Part shown: positions 18,470-28,806 of the stretch, one piece after another
Layout of the letters: the number at the start of each line of letters is the position of its first letter
Numbering within the stretch: position 1 is the stretch's first letter
Virus record (IMG/VR): IMGVR_UViG_3300048924_000100
Coordinates: 1 to 64,000 of that record
Length of the DNA: 64,000 nucleotides
Reading direction: 5' to 3' (one strand)
Notes under the pieces: generated by a model
Seen by the model: the letters and a program-made list of their open reading frames with translations, nothing else
What the model was told of the DNA's origin: nothing
Databases searched by the model: none
Made by a program: the position numbers and the translations under genes

Positions 18470-19057
18470 ATGATAACTAAAGGACTCAGCTTTACCGACA
18501 ACTTCCCATTGGCTGATGTTGGAGAGGCGCAATTCAGAGTTAACCGCAACACAGGTGAAATCGTTACAGCCAATACACACTGGCGGTTGCGACAAGAGAC
18601 CGTGCTTATTCGCCACGGTCTTCGTGAACCTATCCGGTTCTACGGTGTAACACAAACTGCTCACGGTAATCTGATTGCCATGAGTGATGGGCATCAAACG
18701 CGTTATTACTGGATCAATTCAACTGGTCGTCGTGATACGTATTTGATACAGGGCTCTTCGTTTACATTTGAAGAAGCCTGGGAACACTTGTTCGAAGCAC
18801 TGGTCTTGGATGGTCGTGCTACATCCATTGCCTTGTACAGTCGCATCAGTTTCCTCTTCATTTGGTATTTCAGTCAGATCAAGCCTAAACCGGCATACCT
18901 GGCTACAGAAGGTTCATGGAGAGGTGTTAAGAAAGAAGTCTTGTTCGAATGGCTACCTGACATCGGACAAAGAGCAGTACAGGTAACTATCGCTGGTTAT
19001 AAACCCGTTGCAGTACCCCTGGCGGATCACCCGCTTGTAGGCTTGCTGCGCAAATAA
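18470..19057 (+). CDS. hypothetical protein
   Basis: 195-aa operonic ORF. Confidence 0.7.
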   Translation: MITKGLSFTDNFPLADVGEAQFRVNRNTGEIVTANTHWRLRQETVLIRHGLREPIRFYGVTQTAHGNLIAMSDGHQTRYYWINSTGRRDTYLIQGSSFTFEEAWEHLFEALVLDGRATSIALYSRISFLFIWYFSQIKPKPAYLATEGSWRGVKKEVLFEWLPDIGQRAVQVTIAGYKPVAVPLADHPLVGLLRK

Positions 19058-19074
19058 GTTAAGAGGCAAATGAA

Positions 19075-19539
19075 ATGACAAACGCACAACGTAAACCAGT
19101 ATTGAGCATCACCAACATCAACGGCAACGGTCAACAACTTCAGGTGACCTCTTACGAGCACCAGACCACTTACATTGTGTCCGGCGGTGATCTCAAGCTG
19201 TATGGCGGTACCATGTACCTGATTCAAAAGCCTTCTCACAGTTACGAGGAGGCTGTGGAGATGTTGTTCAAGCACCTCGTAATGGACGATCGTGAACACG
19301 CGATCAACTACTACAACCTGGTAAGTAGCTTCTTCATCGGGCACTTCGGCAATGCAGACCGCGACAATTTCAAAGCAACACTGACCAGCCGTTGGCACAA
19401 ACTGTTCCTGCACGTAGAACTGGAACGTCGTCCTGGTCTGGATGCATCGCTGATGTTCTTCCACGTCCACGAGAAAGAGATGTTGGTTTCTCTGGAGTCT
19501 CACCCGATCGTTTACATCTTGGCCAATGAAAAGCAATAA
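19075..19539 (+). CDS. hypothetical protein
   Basis: 154-aa operonic ORF. Confidence 0.75.
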   Translation: MTNAQRKPVLSITNINGNGQQLQVTSYEHQTTYIVSGGDLKLYGGTMYLIQKPSHSYEEAVEMLFKHLVMDDREHAINYYNLVSSFFIGHFGNADRDNFKATLTSRWHKLFLHVELERRPGLDASLMFFHVHEKEMLVSLESHPIVYILANEKQ

Positions 19540-19552
19540 GGGGGGATACAAC

Positions 19553-19777
19553 ATGCCAGTAGTTAAGCAGAGTCTTGAAGAGCGTCTGGAAAGGCTGGTT
19601 GAGCGTTGTAATTACGATCGCACACCTATCACGTTGTTCTTCGATCCTACCGACGGACAGTGGCATGGTGCTCTGGACGACCTTACCGGGCATATCGCGG
19701 GTAGCCTGGTAGCTGAAGAACACTCCGGTGACTTCGATGATGTACTGGAAGCACTGGAAGCAGAGCTAGAACTCTAA
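19553..19777 (+). CDS. small acidic hypothetical protein
   Basis: G-rich RBS before ATG 19553; acidic C-terminus. Confidence 0.7.
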   Translation: MPVVKQSLEERLERLVERCNYDRTPITLFFDPTDGQWHGALDDLTGHIAGSLVAEEHSGDFDDVLEALEAELEL

Positions 19778-19782
19778 GTAGC

Positions 19783-19822
19783 TATAACTACCCTCACCCC
19801 GCAAAGGGTGAGGGTAGTTATA
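19783..19822. terminator. bidirectional terminator between convergent genes
   Basis: 17-bp perfect stem, loop CGCAAA (reverse complement TTTGCG). Confidence 0.85.
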
Positions 19823-19844
19823 TACCTGTTTCTTTTTTGCTTTA

Positions 19845-21080
19845 TTACGACACCAATTCCAACACCGGTCTCCAGCCGTAGCCAGGATAAGGTGTATCAT
19901 CGGGTTCATACCACACACCTGCAAATCCAGGATAGCCCCGCAGCAAAGTACCACCGCTTGTACTGGCCTCCTGACAGATGATCAACTCACCGCTACTGGT
20001 TCCGCCTAACCACCCCATATCGGTTGGGCTGTTGCTTGCCCATGCTTCGCCTTGATACTCGGTAGTAACTCGGAGGAAATAGTTATCGTAGTCCCCGCCG
20101 CGTGTACCTGTAGGGTTGTTACCATCGCCACCCGTCATTAGCCTTACTTTGTAGGTATGGCCCCCGAAGGTGATAGTCGTACCACCGTAGATCAAATTAA
20201 GTGCGTTAAGCTGTGACCAAGATAGCGCGTTATGGGTGATCAGCTTAGGCATGTAGAACGTCTTGCCAGCATCAACGAACTTCAGCCAAGGCGTGTTGTC
20301 ATTGATAAGCGTAGCCGTTGTCAACCCTACAGCCGCCGCTAAGGCAGAACCAGTAATGAAGTTACTCGCCAGTACCTCACCCCTATAAGGGGTAGGAGGA
20401 ATGGTAGACTTCTTCACAAGGATAGGTCTCCAGCTATACCACAGCTGAGGACTGTTAGGGTCGACATACCACATGCCAGTTACTTGCGCATAGGGAGTCC
20501 CACCACCAGAGTCACTACCACGGGTAATGTGACCCGCCGAGCAAATAGTCCCCACACCTAATTCAGTGGAACCATCAAACGTAGCTACGCCCAGCATAGG
20601 ACCGGTGTAGTCTCCCCAGTACTCAGCATTAGGTGGGAAACCAGCGCGGTCCAAGCTGTCATACACGTTATACATGTAGCGGTTCCATTCGCCGCCGGAG
20701 TTTGCTGCACCGATCCCACCGGTAGCACTTATAGCACCGGTCATCAGCCGAACAATATAAATCTCACCGCCGATGGTAGTTTCTGCACCCCCACTAGATA
20801 ACCCGAGAGCGTTAAGGTCTTCCCAGCAGACGTTGTATCTGAGCGGTTTCTTGGCAATGTACAACTCCAGGCCATTGTCTTCGATGAAGTGCAACCAACC
20901 GGATTCAGAGTTAAACGCAATACCAGCGGTCAACCCCATTTTTGCAGCAAGCACATCACCGTAAACAAAATCAGATGAATGGGCCACCCCTTTAAAGGGC
21001 GTACTTGGTGGGAATGGGAGATCGCTATCGTCCCCACCACCGACCTGTGCATTTAAGACGCTTAGTAACGATTCAAGCAT
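19845..21080 (-). CDS. virion (tail-associated) structural protein, two tandem homologous domains
   Basis: WLxF...YIAKKP...VRLMTG...WRPxL domain occurs twice; located in the tail-fibre module; paralog of 22358-23629. Confidence 0.7.
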   Translation of the reverse strand: MLESLLSVLNAQVGGGDDSDLPFPPSTPFKGVAHSSDFVYGDVLAAKMGLTAGIAFNSESGWLHFIEDNGLELYIAKKPLRYNVCWEDLNALGLSSGGAETTIGGEIYIVRLMTGAISATGGIGAANSGGEWNRYMYNVYDSLDRAGFPPNAEYWGDYTGPMLGVATFDGSTELGVGTICSAGHITRGSDSGGGTPYAQVTGMWYVDPNSPQLWYSWRPILVKKSTIPPTPYRGEVLASNFITGSALAAAVGLTTATLINDNTPWLKFVDAGKTFYMPKLITHNALSWSQLNALNLIYGGTTITFGGHTYKVRLMTGGDGNNPTGTRGGDYDNYFLRVTTEYQGEAWASNSPTDMGWLGGTSSGELIICQEASTSGGTLLRGYPGFAGVWYEPDDTPYPGYGWRPVLELVS

Positions 21081-21148
21081 GGTGTTACTCCTACTAACAC
21101 GGTCTCCCTGTTATAAAAGAAAGCCTCCCCGAAGGGAGGTCACTGTCA

Positions 21149-21613
21149 CTAAGCTGCGAAGCTACGCATTGGCGTCTTCGGAGTGGTTGGATTGGTAGCG
21201 ATCCGGTAGAGGTTAACGCCTGTCATGATGACCATGCGTTTCCACCGGGTTACTTCCAACACTTCCATGGACTCCTTCAGGATGCGGTCGATCTCTTTAC
21301 GGTCAACAGCAACGTCCGTAGGAACGCCGTTAATGACCTGGGTGATCTTGTACGTCTGACACAGCTTGTCATGCAGGGTGCATGCTTGACTGTATTCCCC
21401 CATCGGTGGAAGCAACCACCACAGCAGGCGAGGAATAGTGGCACCGTCGGTTTTAAAACCCGTTTCCACATCAACGTACTTGTCCGATCCTTCAACCCCG
21501 ATGTAATAGCGGAACCCAGGTATAGTGTCCCAGATATCCTTGCCGTAATACGTACTGGCAGGTTTGTCATACTGAAGCTGTTCGACTGCGCTGAACCGTG
21601 TAAACGTACTCAT
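21149..21613 (-). CDS. DUF1353-family protein
   Basis: GFKTDGATIPR..WWL.PP.G.Y..A..LHD and DRIL.E.M signature. Confidence 0.85.
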   Translation of the reverse strand: MSTFTRFSAVEQLQYDKPASTYYGKDIWDTIPGFRYYIGVEGSDKYVDVETGFKTDGATIPRLLWWLLPPMGEYSQACTLHDKLCQTYKITQVINGVPTDVAVDRKEIDRILKESMEVLEVTRWKRMVIMTGVNLYRIATNPTTPKTPMRSFAA

Positions 21614-21667
21614 CGTTCAAACTCCTGCAAGCTGGGAATCCTCCCCCTTTCGAGGGAGGTAAGTGGA

Positions 21668-22321
21668 TTACAAGGTGAAGAACTCAGCAGGAGGTGCTGG
21701 TAGCTCTTCCATGGTAGTTGCTTTAGCGATATCGTCCTTGTACTTCCAGGCCGTCTTGTAACCTACCAGCACTTGGACAAAGGTCTTATCGGCCAACGCC
21801 ACCATTTGTGCAGCGTTCAGATCGACCGAAACGTTTTCCCAGACACGGAATTCGAAGGCCATATCTTGACCAGCAGCGACCAGCTCTTTTGCGATGGTAC
21901 GCAAGTCAGAGATGTTACCGCGGTCAGTTGTTCTAACCTGAACGTGGTAAATGGTATTCTCGTCGAACTGATAAGGGAACCCTTTGGTAAAGGCATTCAG
22001 CTGCAGGGTAGCCGCCTGTGCCGTCAGGAGGGCTTTCTTTTCAGCCAACTTGCTGGAGGCTTCACCCGGATCAAACGAGCGCACAGTCCAGGTCTGGTGC
22101 CACACACCGTCGATCAGTTCTGGACGGCCTTCGAGAACCACATCACCCGCAGGCTTTGAAGTCGGCTGTACAACTTCGATACCGAAGCTGACCAGTAACT
22201 CCGAGTCCACTGTAGCACCGAACAGGGTGTTAGGGGCGTAAAGGGGCATGTCAGTAAGGAACAGGGGGTAAGTGCCAGATCCAACATCGATCAGGCGGGT
22301 CAAACGCGTAACCGTCGTCAT
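21668..22321 (-). CDS. tail fibre assembly/chaperone-like protein (DUF4376-like)
   Basis: EGRPELIDGVWHQTWTV; C-terminal ENVSVDLNAAQMVAL...KDDIAKATTMEEL; close to the fibre gene. Confidence 0.65.
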   Translation of the reverse strand: MTTVTRLTRLIDVGSGTYPLFLTDMPLYAPNTLFGATVDSELLVSFGIEVVQPTSKPAGDVVLEGRPELIDGVWHQTWTVRSFDPGEASSKLAEKKALLTAQAATLQLNAFTKGFPYQFDENTIYHVQVRTTDRGNISDLRTIAKELVAAGQDMAFEFRVWENVSVDLNAAQMVALADKTFVQVLVGYKTAWKYKDDIAKATTMEELPAPPAEFFTL

Positions 22322-22357
22322 GATAATTCCTTGTAAACAAAATCAATTGAAAGTGGA

Positions 22358-23629
22358 TTAGCCAACCAGTTCTAGTACTGGCTTCCAACCATAGCCGGCG
22401 TGAGTAGTGTTAGGGATCTGATACCAGATACCATCGAAGCCAGGGTAACCCCGAGTAGCCCAACCGCCGTAAGGAGTGTAAATCTCTTGGAGGATAGACA
22501 ACTCACCCGAACCAGCACCGCCACCCCAACCCAGGTCAGTTCCGGGGTCGTAAGCACCCCAAGCGTCACCAATAGGGGTGTACAGGTTAGTCACCCTCAT
22601 CAGGTAGTTACTGTACTCACCACCAGCCGCGTCACCAGGGTCAGCGTTGAGACCTGTCATCAGTCGAACCTTATACGTCAGCCCACCGATAACAATTGTC
22701 TTCGATCCATAAACCGCACCCACTGCGTCTAACTGCTCATGGGTAATGTTAACCATCAGCGTTTTCTTGGCGATGTAGAACGTCTTACCAGCATCAACGA
22801 ACTTCAGCCAGGTAGAGTCGTCGTTCAGCACAGTCCCATCGACCAACCCAATCGCAGCTGCCAGATCGGTAGCTGTAATGAGAGTAGCTTCCCCTTTAAA
22901 CGGTGTAACTGGGATCGGTGCAGTGGTGCCTTTCTCATACAGCATAGGACGCCAGCCGACGAAGTCCGCCATGTCGGGTGGGTTGGTATACCAGACACCC
23001 ATGATGTTGGGCGGTGAAGTGCCAGGGTACTGAACACCACGCAACGCGTGCCCACCACCTTGCCCGCCAGAGATTGGGTTCTTCACGTGACTCATAGCCC
23101 CCAAAGTGGTGAGCTTATCTTCAGACCCTAGTGGAATCCCCAGCATGTGGCTATCGTAATGACCCCATACTTCTTTACTCGCTGGGAGTTCGTCTACCCG
23201 TTCTCCGTCATACACGTTGTACATGTAGCGGTTCCACTGACCCCCGGCGTTGACAGGGTTTTCAGGGTTGAGGAAGTTAGCCGCCATCCCTGTCATGAAA
23301 TCAACGATGAACGTTTTACCTAACAGGTTGATTTCTTTACCCGTTTGTGCCGTATCGACAGCACTCCACGGCAGCGCGTAGCGTATAGGCTTCTTAGCGA
23401 TGTAGATGTTGTAACCATTATCCTCAACGAAGTGTAACCAACCCGATTCGTTGTTGACCGGGATACCGTCGGTCAGCCCTATTTGAGCTGCCAGGTTTGT
23501 ACCGGTGATAAAGTCTTTAGACCGTACCACACCCTTAAACGGGGTACCTGCCGGAAAGGGCAGGTCATGATCGTCCTCTTCCCCCGCATCAGACCCTTTA
23601 AACAGAAGTGCTTCGATCATAGTACCCAT
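22358..23629 (-). CDS. virion (tail-associated) structural protein, paralog of 19845-21080
   Basis: Same two-domain architecture, e.g. RGYPGF.G.WY and GYGW[RK]PVLELV. Confidence 0.7.
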   Translation of the reverse strand: MGTMIEALLFKGSDAGEEDDHDLPFPAGTPFKGVVRSKDFITGTNLAAQIGLTDGIPVNNESGWLHFVEDNGYNIYIAKKPIRYALPWSAVDTAQTGKEINLLGKTFIVDFMTGMAANFLNPENPVNAGGQWNRYMYNVYDGERVDELPASKEVWGHYDSHMLGIPLGSEDKLTTLGAMSHVKNPISGGQGGGHALRGVQYPGTSPPNIMGVWYTNPPDMADFVGWRPMLYEKGTTAPIPVTPFKGEATLITATDLAAAIGLVDGTVLNDDSTWLKFVDAGKTFYIAKKTLMVNITHEQLDAVGAVYGSKTIVIGGLTYKVRLMTGLNADPGDAAGGEYSNYLMRVTNLYTPIGDAWGAYDPGTDLGWGGGAGSGELSILQEIYTPYGGWATRGYPGFDGIWYQIPNTTHAGYGWKPVLELVG

Positions 23630-23695
23630 CCAAACACATAAGTGAGAGCTAACTGCACAGAAGCCCCCAAGATGGAGGCTCCCATGTATTAGCAG

Positions 23696-26600
23696 TTAAG
23701 GAACCACAGCACCAGGCGAACCGACCCACTCGACACCATCCCAGGTGAAGGTTAATTGTGTACGACTACCCGTCAGCGGAGGTGGACTACCACCGTGCCA
23801 GGCCAGAACAGTAGCGCCAGTTGCAGCGAAGGTGATCACACCAGCAGCACCGGTGATCTTGAACACCACCACCAACCCACGGGCACTAGCTCCTTTCGGA
23901 CCATCGGCCAGCGTAATGGTTTTGGCCGTTGCAGCGGAGTTATCCACTCTAACGAACTCAGCAGTAGCAGGGTCAACCGTTGCAGTTGCACTGATGTTGC
24001 TGATTGCCAAGTCATAACGATCGAACGATACCCAGGCAAGACCTTTACGAAGGTACTGCTTACCGTCGTTTGGTGCGTCGGTAAGCCGTGCGTTGATCTG
24101 ACCTTGCGCTTTACCGAACGCCGCGAGGATCGTGTCGGCTGCTGCAATAGCAGCGTTAGACCCAACGGCATACCCAGTCAGTGTATTCGTCCGAACCCGA
24201 GCTGCTGTAAAGTAAAGGTTAGTGGATCCTTCCACAACAGCGTCAGTAGTACCCGGAGAAGCCGTCAGTGCAACGTACACGCTACCGGTCCAGCGGAACT
24301 GACCGTTGGTTGCGAGGGAGATGTAAATCTTCCCTGTTTCACCAACTCCAGGGAAAGCCGCTTGGTTAGCAAACTCCAGCACGTCGTCGACATAACTCGG
24401 CAACTGACCAGCAGGAATCTTACCCGCTACCAGTGTCGCAACGGTGACGCCGAGATCCGCGGTAGCCACACCACCAAGGCTAGCCAGAGTAGGAGCAGCG
24501 TAGACGCTCCACGTATGGTCACCCTTACGCAGGTAGAGGTTGGAGTCCACCGGGGTATCAGCAAACCCAGGCACGAAGGCGTTGATCTGCGCCTGCACCT
24601 TACCGAACGCTGTGATCACCGTGTCAGTGCCCAAAACAGCACTGCTAGCGGCAAGGCTCAACCCGGTTAGAGGTGACGAACGAACACGAGCAGCCGAGAA
24701 GTAGAGATTGGTAGTACCCTCTACAACTGCATCCGATGTACCAGGCGAAGCTACCAGTGCGACGTAAACAGTACCCGACCAGCGATACTGAGTGTTGGTG
24801 TCCATGGCGATATAGATCTTGCCAGTTTCACCAGTGCCAGGGAACGCCGCTTGGTTAGCGAATTCCAAGACATCGTCTACGTAGCTAGGAAGCTGACCTG
24901 CTGGAACAACCCCACCAACAAGCGTTGCAACCGTAACGCCCAATGCCGAAGTCGGCACACCGCCCAGAGAGGCCAGCGTAGGAGCGTTATACGTTGCCCA
25001 GGAACCAATAGGCTGGCCATTGGCGCGCACACGCATGTACGGAGCACCGTCAGCCGGAGGTTCAGCGATCTGGGTCGGGAATACCAACTCAATCCACTCA
25101 CCCTCGTTGGTGGAAGAACCGGACTTCAGGGAACGGACGTACAGCTTGCCGTTAACCATGTTCGGTGCTTCGTCAACTGGCAGGACGATCCAGTCATTAC
25201 CCAGACGTACCGCTTTACCGAAGGACAGCAGAGGCGAGTTAACATCACCCGCTACCAGCCGACCCCAATACACCCAACCATCCACAGTCGAGTTGTAGTA
25301 GACCTTGAAGGTATCCGATACAGCCCAGTCACCAGGGTTACCAGTGAAGCCCAACGGCGGCGCATCAACGCCAGCAGGCAGCGTGATCCAGGACGAACCC
25401 TTATCACCCTTGTCGCCTTTCTTGCCGATACCGATTGGACCTGGGACACCTTGCACACCCTGAGGACCGCGAACCAGACCGATGTCGATCCACTTGCCGC
25501 CTTCAGCAGTAGTCCAGATAGCCAGGTTGTTACCAACCAGATAGCCATCACCCAGGTTACCCGTCGGATGAGCGGTAGCCAGGTCAGCCAGAGTGTTGTA
25601 TGCACCCAAGATCTGGATGGACGTACCTGGATCACCTTTCTCGCCGTCTTTACCAGTAGGACCCTCAGGACCGATGATATCGAATGGACCTTCCCACAGA
25701 CCGTCGACCATTACGTACAACAGCTTACTGCTTTCGATGAAGTAACCGTCACCGTCTACAGCGCCCTGATCAGGACGAGGCAGGTACTGAACAGCTGGAG
25801 TCGTACCACGTAGGTTTACACCGTGACCTTGAGCACCACGGTCGCCCTTAGCACCAACTGGACCGCCGTCATACCAGATGCCGCCATGCGCCAACTGAAT
25901 ATGGTTATTCAAGTCGATGTAGGCTTTACCGGAGTTGCTTGCGGCATCAGGGATGGTTTGATCACCAGGGGTCAGAACCTTGATGATGTCGATGGATGTA
26001 CCGTTGGCACCATCAGCACCCGGGAGACCGTCATTACCCTTGAACGAACCCAGCACAATCCAGTTACCGCCAACAAAGGCGTACAGGGTGTTGGTATCAC
26101 GAGCCGAGTAGACGTCCTGTTCAGCAGGCGTGGCAGGCAGTGCGGTGTAAGTAGCTACCGAGCCTTTAACGATGATGTTGGTACCGTTAGTACCGTTAGC
26201 CCCTTGCAGCGAAGCCAGGAACTCGTTGGCTTCACCGGTAAAGCCCGCGTCCAACCAAACTTGGTAAGCCGACTTGCCTTCGAAGCGACCGATGTCATGC
26301 CATGTGCCGTCATTGTAGACCCACAGGTGACCTGTATCAGCTGTCACGTAACCGTCTTGCTCAACTACACCTTGGATGTTCCCCAGGGAGTTTTGGTTGG
26401 TGACAGTACCCTTGACGTTCAGGTTCTGACCACGGTCGCCTTTAGGACCAGGAACAACCGACTTCAGTGATTCCAACCAGGCTTGCAGATCACCACCGAA
26501 ACCATCCGCAACAGCCAGCTCATAAGCCGACAGACCACCAGCGGAGCCGAGGTCAACGTACTGTGCTTGAGTGGTTACCCAAACGTACAGGTGACTACCA

Positions 26601-27943
26601 ACGTACCAGGCTTCAGTAGCAGTACCCGGAGTAGGCAGCGCACCAACAGTGGCCTTGGAACCCATAACTTCGAATGGAGCACGGGCAGGGCCTTCGTCAC
26701 CCTGAGGACCGGGTTCAACCGATACCAGCGACGCAACGAACTGTGCTTCAGTACCCGCGTTGCCCAGAGACAACCACGATTGATAAGCGGACTTACCAAC
26801 CAGGCCAGCCAGGAACTCGCTCTGAGAACCCGTGTGACCAGCATCCAGCCACACTTGATACGAAGACTTACCTTCCGGACCTTCCAGACCGATAGACACC
26901 CACACCGGATCAGGTATAGGGCTGCCTTCAGGCAGCGTGGTGCCGTTGAAGCCAGGAACCAGCAACCAGATGTCAAGACGCCAGATATAAGCATCACCTA
27001 CAGCCGAAGCATTAACGTCAGGCAGTGCGCGGTTGTCAGGCCAGGTACCCAGCAGGGTAATGCCACGAGGACCCAACAGCGAACCAGACCCGATCCATTC
27101 AGTCAGGTTCCATACCCACAACTGACCTTCACAGAAGTAGCCGGAGCCGTCTGGCAGGTTAGTCGTGTCGATGGCGTCGAGTTCAGTCAGGTTTTCCAGG
27201 GTACCCAGAATCTTAACCGTACTGGCTTCGCCTGGTGCACCTTTCAGGTAAGCGAGGAAGGCTGCCTGGTTACCGGTATGACCTTCGTCAAGCCAGACGT
27301 CATAGGCAGAGTCGCCTTTCATGGCACCGACGAATTCTGCTTCAGTGCCACTGTGGCCTTGATCCAGCCAAGACTGGTAAGCACTCTTGCCAACCAGTTT
27401 ACCCAGCCACTCAGCTTCAGTACCGGTTTCACCGAGATCTACAGCGGACTGGTATGCCGATTTACCCGCATCACCTTTAAGGCCGATGTTGACCCAACCA
27501 TCTGGCTGAGGGATCAACAACCACACGTCACCTTTCCAAGTGTACGCATCGCCTACTTTCTTAGAAGCAGGAGCTGGTAGCGGAGTTGCATCAGGCCACT
27601 TGCCCAGTACATTGATGCCGCGTGGACCCAGCAAGGAGCCGGAACCAATCCACTCGGCGAGGTTCCAAACCCAGAGTTGGCCTTCGGTGAAATACGCCGA
27701 ACCAACGTCGAGGTTGGTAGTATCGAGTGCATCCAGCTCGGCTTTGGTGTTCAGGTTACCGAGGACGTTAACGCCCCCAGCGATCAGTGCTTCGATCTGA
27801 GCCTTCAGGTAAGCGGTACGCGCCGCCAGCGCCACAGCTTGGAGGTTGGAGTTAGCGGATTCATCGCCGCCTACAACGTCTGTCCCCCGTGCCATAAGTG
27901 GGACGCTGGGAAACGCATCCGGTTTTTCAATGATATCAGTCAT
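23696..27943 (-). CDS. long tail fibre protein with collagen-like G-X-Y segments
   Basis: N-terminal DVVGG..ANSNLQA..LAARTAYLK fibre-attachment motif; GKSAYQxW repeats; G-X-Y triplets; duplicated PAGQLPSYVDDVLEF module. Confidence 0.9.
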   Translation of the reverse strand: MTDIIEKPDAFPSVPLMARGTDVVGGDESANSNLQAVALAARTAYLKAQIEALIAGGVNVLGNLNTKAELDALDTTNLDVGSAYFTEGQLWVWNLAEWIGSGSLLGPRGINVLGKWPDATPLPAPASKKVGDAYTWKGDVWLLIPQPDGWVNIGLKGDAGKSAYQSAVDLGETGTEAEWLGKLVGKSAYQSWLDQGHSGTEAEFVGAMKGDSAYDVWLDEGHTGNQAAFLAYLKGAPGEASTVKILGTLENLTELDAIDTTNLPDGSGYFCEGQLWVWNLTEWIGSGSLLGPRGITLLGTWPDNRALPDVNASAVGDAYIWRLDIWLLVPGFNGTTLPEGSPIPDPVWVSIGLEGPEGKSSYQVWLDAGHTGSQSEFLAGLVGKSAYQSWLSLGNAGTEAQFVASLVSVEPGPQGDEGPARAPFEVMGSKATVGALPTPGTATEAWYVGSHLYVWVTTQAQYVDLGSAGGLSAYELAVADGFGGDLQAWLESLKSVVPGPKGDRGQNLNVKGTVTNQNSLGNIQGVVEQDGYVTADTGHLWVYNDGTWHDIGRFEGKSAYQVWLDAGFTGEANEFLASLQGANGTNGTNIIVKGSVATYTALPATPAEQDVYSARDTNTLYAFVGGNWIVLGSFKGNDGLPGADGANGTSIDIIKVLTPGDQTIPDAASNSGKAYIDLNNHIQLAHGGIWYDGGPVGAKGDRGAQGHGVNLRGTTPAVQYLPRPDQGAVDGDGYFIESSKLLYVMVDGLWEGPFDIIGPEGPTGKDGEKGDPGTSIQILGAYNTLADLATAHPTGNLGDGYLVGNNLAIWTTAEGGKWIDIGLVRGPQGVQGVPGPIGIGKKGDKGDKGSSWITLPAGVDAPPLGFTGNPGDWAVSDTFKVYYNSTVDGWVYWGRLVAGDVNSPLLSFGKAVRLGNDWIVLPVDEAPNMVNGKLYVRSLKSGSSTNEGEWIELVFPTQIAEPPADGAPYMRVRANGQPIGSWATYNAPTLASLGGVPTSALGVTVATLVGGVVPAGQLPSYVDDVLEFANQAAFPGTGETGKIYIAMDTNTQYRWSGTVYVALVASPGTSDAVVEGTTNLYFSAARVRSSPLTGLSLAASSAVLGTDTVITAFGKVQAQINAFVPGFADTPVDSNLYLRKGDHTWSVYAAPTLASLGGVATADLGVTVATLVAGKIPAGQLPSYVDDVLEFANQAAFPGVGETGKIYISLATNGQFRWTGSVYVALTASPGTTDAVVEGSTNLYFTAARVRTNTLTGYAVGSNAAIAAADTILAAFGKAQGQINARLTDAPNDGKQYLRKGLAWVSFDRYDLAISNISATATVDPATAEFVRVDNSAATAKTITLADGPKGASARGLVVVFKITGAAGVITFAATGATVLAWHGGSPPPLTGSRTQLTFTWDGVEWVGSPGAVVP

Positions 27944-27953
27944 GGCTCAACCT

Positions 27954-28532
27954 TTAATAAGTAATAGTGCCGTCGTATTTGTACGTACCGTCGTATTTAG
28001 GCGGACCGATTACGTTGGCCTCTACAACAGTCAACGTGCCCACAACGGTGTGTGAATCGATGGACACGGTAGTGACACCCGCATCAATGGTGATTTCTGC
28101 ATCGAGCAAGTCGTACAGACAGCTAGCCTTAACGAGAGCCTTTACAGCCGCCTTCGTCTTTTGGCCATTGCTTACTAACACTGCTCCAGTACTGCTACCG
28201 CTCCCTCCTGACAAGAGGTAAATGCCCTGCGTGCTCTTTGCTTTTAACTCAACCAGGTCGAGTGGATCAGGTTCGACGAGTGTTGCGACTTCATTGATAA
28301 CGTAGTCCGCAGGGGTGTAATGTTGATCGAACCCGATGAACTGGTCAGGAGCGTCTACATCCACCAAATAACTGGTGGTGCCGGCGTTTACCGACTTGCG
28401 GAAATTCGCAAAGAAAATGGTGCTAAGCGTCAGGGCTCCAAGCACGGTTACAAAGTCAGGTTCATCCTTATATCGATCCTGGTTATAAGCAATGAACCTG
28501 TCCAAAAACAGTTGTTCGTTTGGAAAGGCCAT
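27954..28532 (-). CDS. putative tail/baseplate structural protein
   Basis: First gene of the fibre operon; C-terminal YDGTYKYDGT motif. Confidence 0.65.
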   Translation of the reverse strand: MAFPNEQLFLDRFIAYNQDRYKDEPDFVTVLGALTLSTIFFANFRKSVNAGTTSYLVDVDAPDQFIGFDQHYTPADYVINEVATLVEPDPLDLVELKAKSTQGIYLLSGGSGSSTGAVLVSNGQKTKAAVKALVKASCLYDLLDAEITIDAGVTTVSIDSHTVVGTLTVVEANVIGPPKYDGTYKYDGTITY

Positions 28533-28565
28533 ATTAAGTTCCGCGGTGGCGTCAGGGGTGGTAGA

Positions 28566-28575
28566 TCATAAAATT
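28566..28575 (-). promoter_or_regulatory. putative late promoter (AATTTTATGA, TATG core)
   Basis: Identical 10-mer at 43131-43140; both lie upstream of - strand virion genes; phiKZ late promoters use TATG. Confidence 0.45.
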
Positions 28576-28622
28576 GATAAATAAAATAAGCAGTGAAAAT
28601 TAATTTATAATAAAACTCAGAC

Positions 28623-28631
28623 CTACATTAT
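28623..28631 (+). promoter_or_regulatory. putative early promoter
   Basis: CTACATTAT after an AT-rich tract. Confidence 0.65.
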
Positions 28632-28674
28632 TTACTCGTAACCCGCATTATTGTATTTGTATTGAGGGGGGTTT

Positions 28675-28785
28675 ATGCGTAAGAGACGCACCAACAAACT
28701 AGCAGTAGCTATTCTTTTGATTCAGATACTCGGACCTTTCGGTGCCATCGGGATAGCATACTTCCTGGCACCATTTATTAAATAA
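28675..28785 (+). CDS. 36-aa membrane peptide (not in ORF track)
   Basis: MRKRRTNKLAVAILLIQILGPFGAIGIAYFLAPFIK*; GAGGGG RBS. Confidence 0.6.
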   Translation: MRKRRTNKLAVAILLIQILGPFGAIGIAYFLAPFIK

Positions 28786-28806
28786 CAAATTGTTAAGGAT
28801 TTTGTA

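Noticed and set aside
19845-23629. Diversity-generating retroelement (lectin-like targets with similar C-termini)
   Set aside because: No reverse transcriptase is present in the window, both copies are full genes, and the differences are not adenine-specific.
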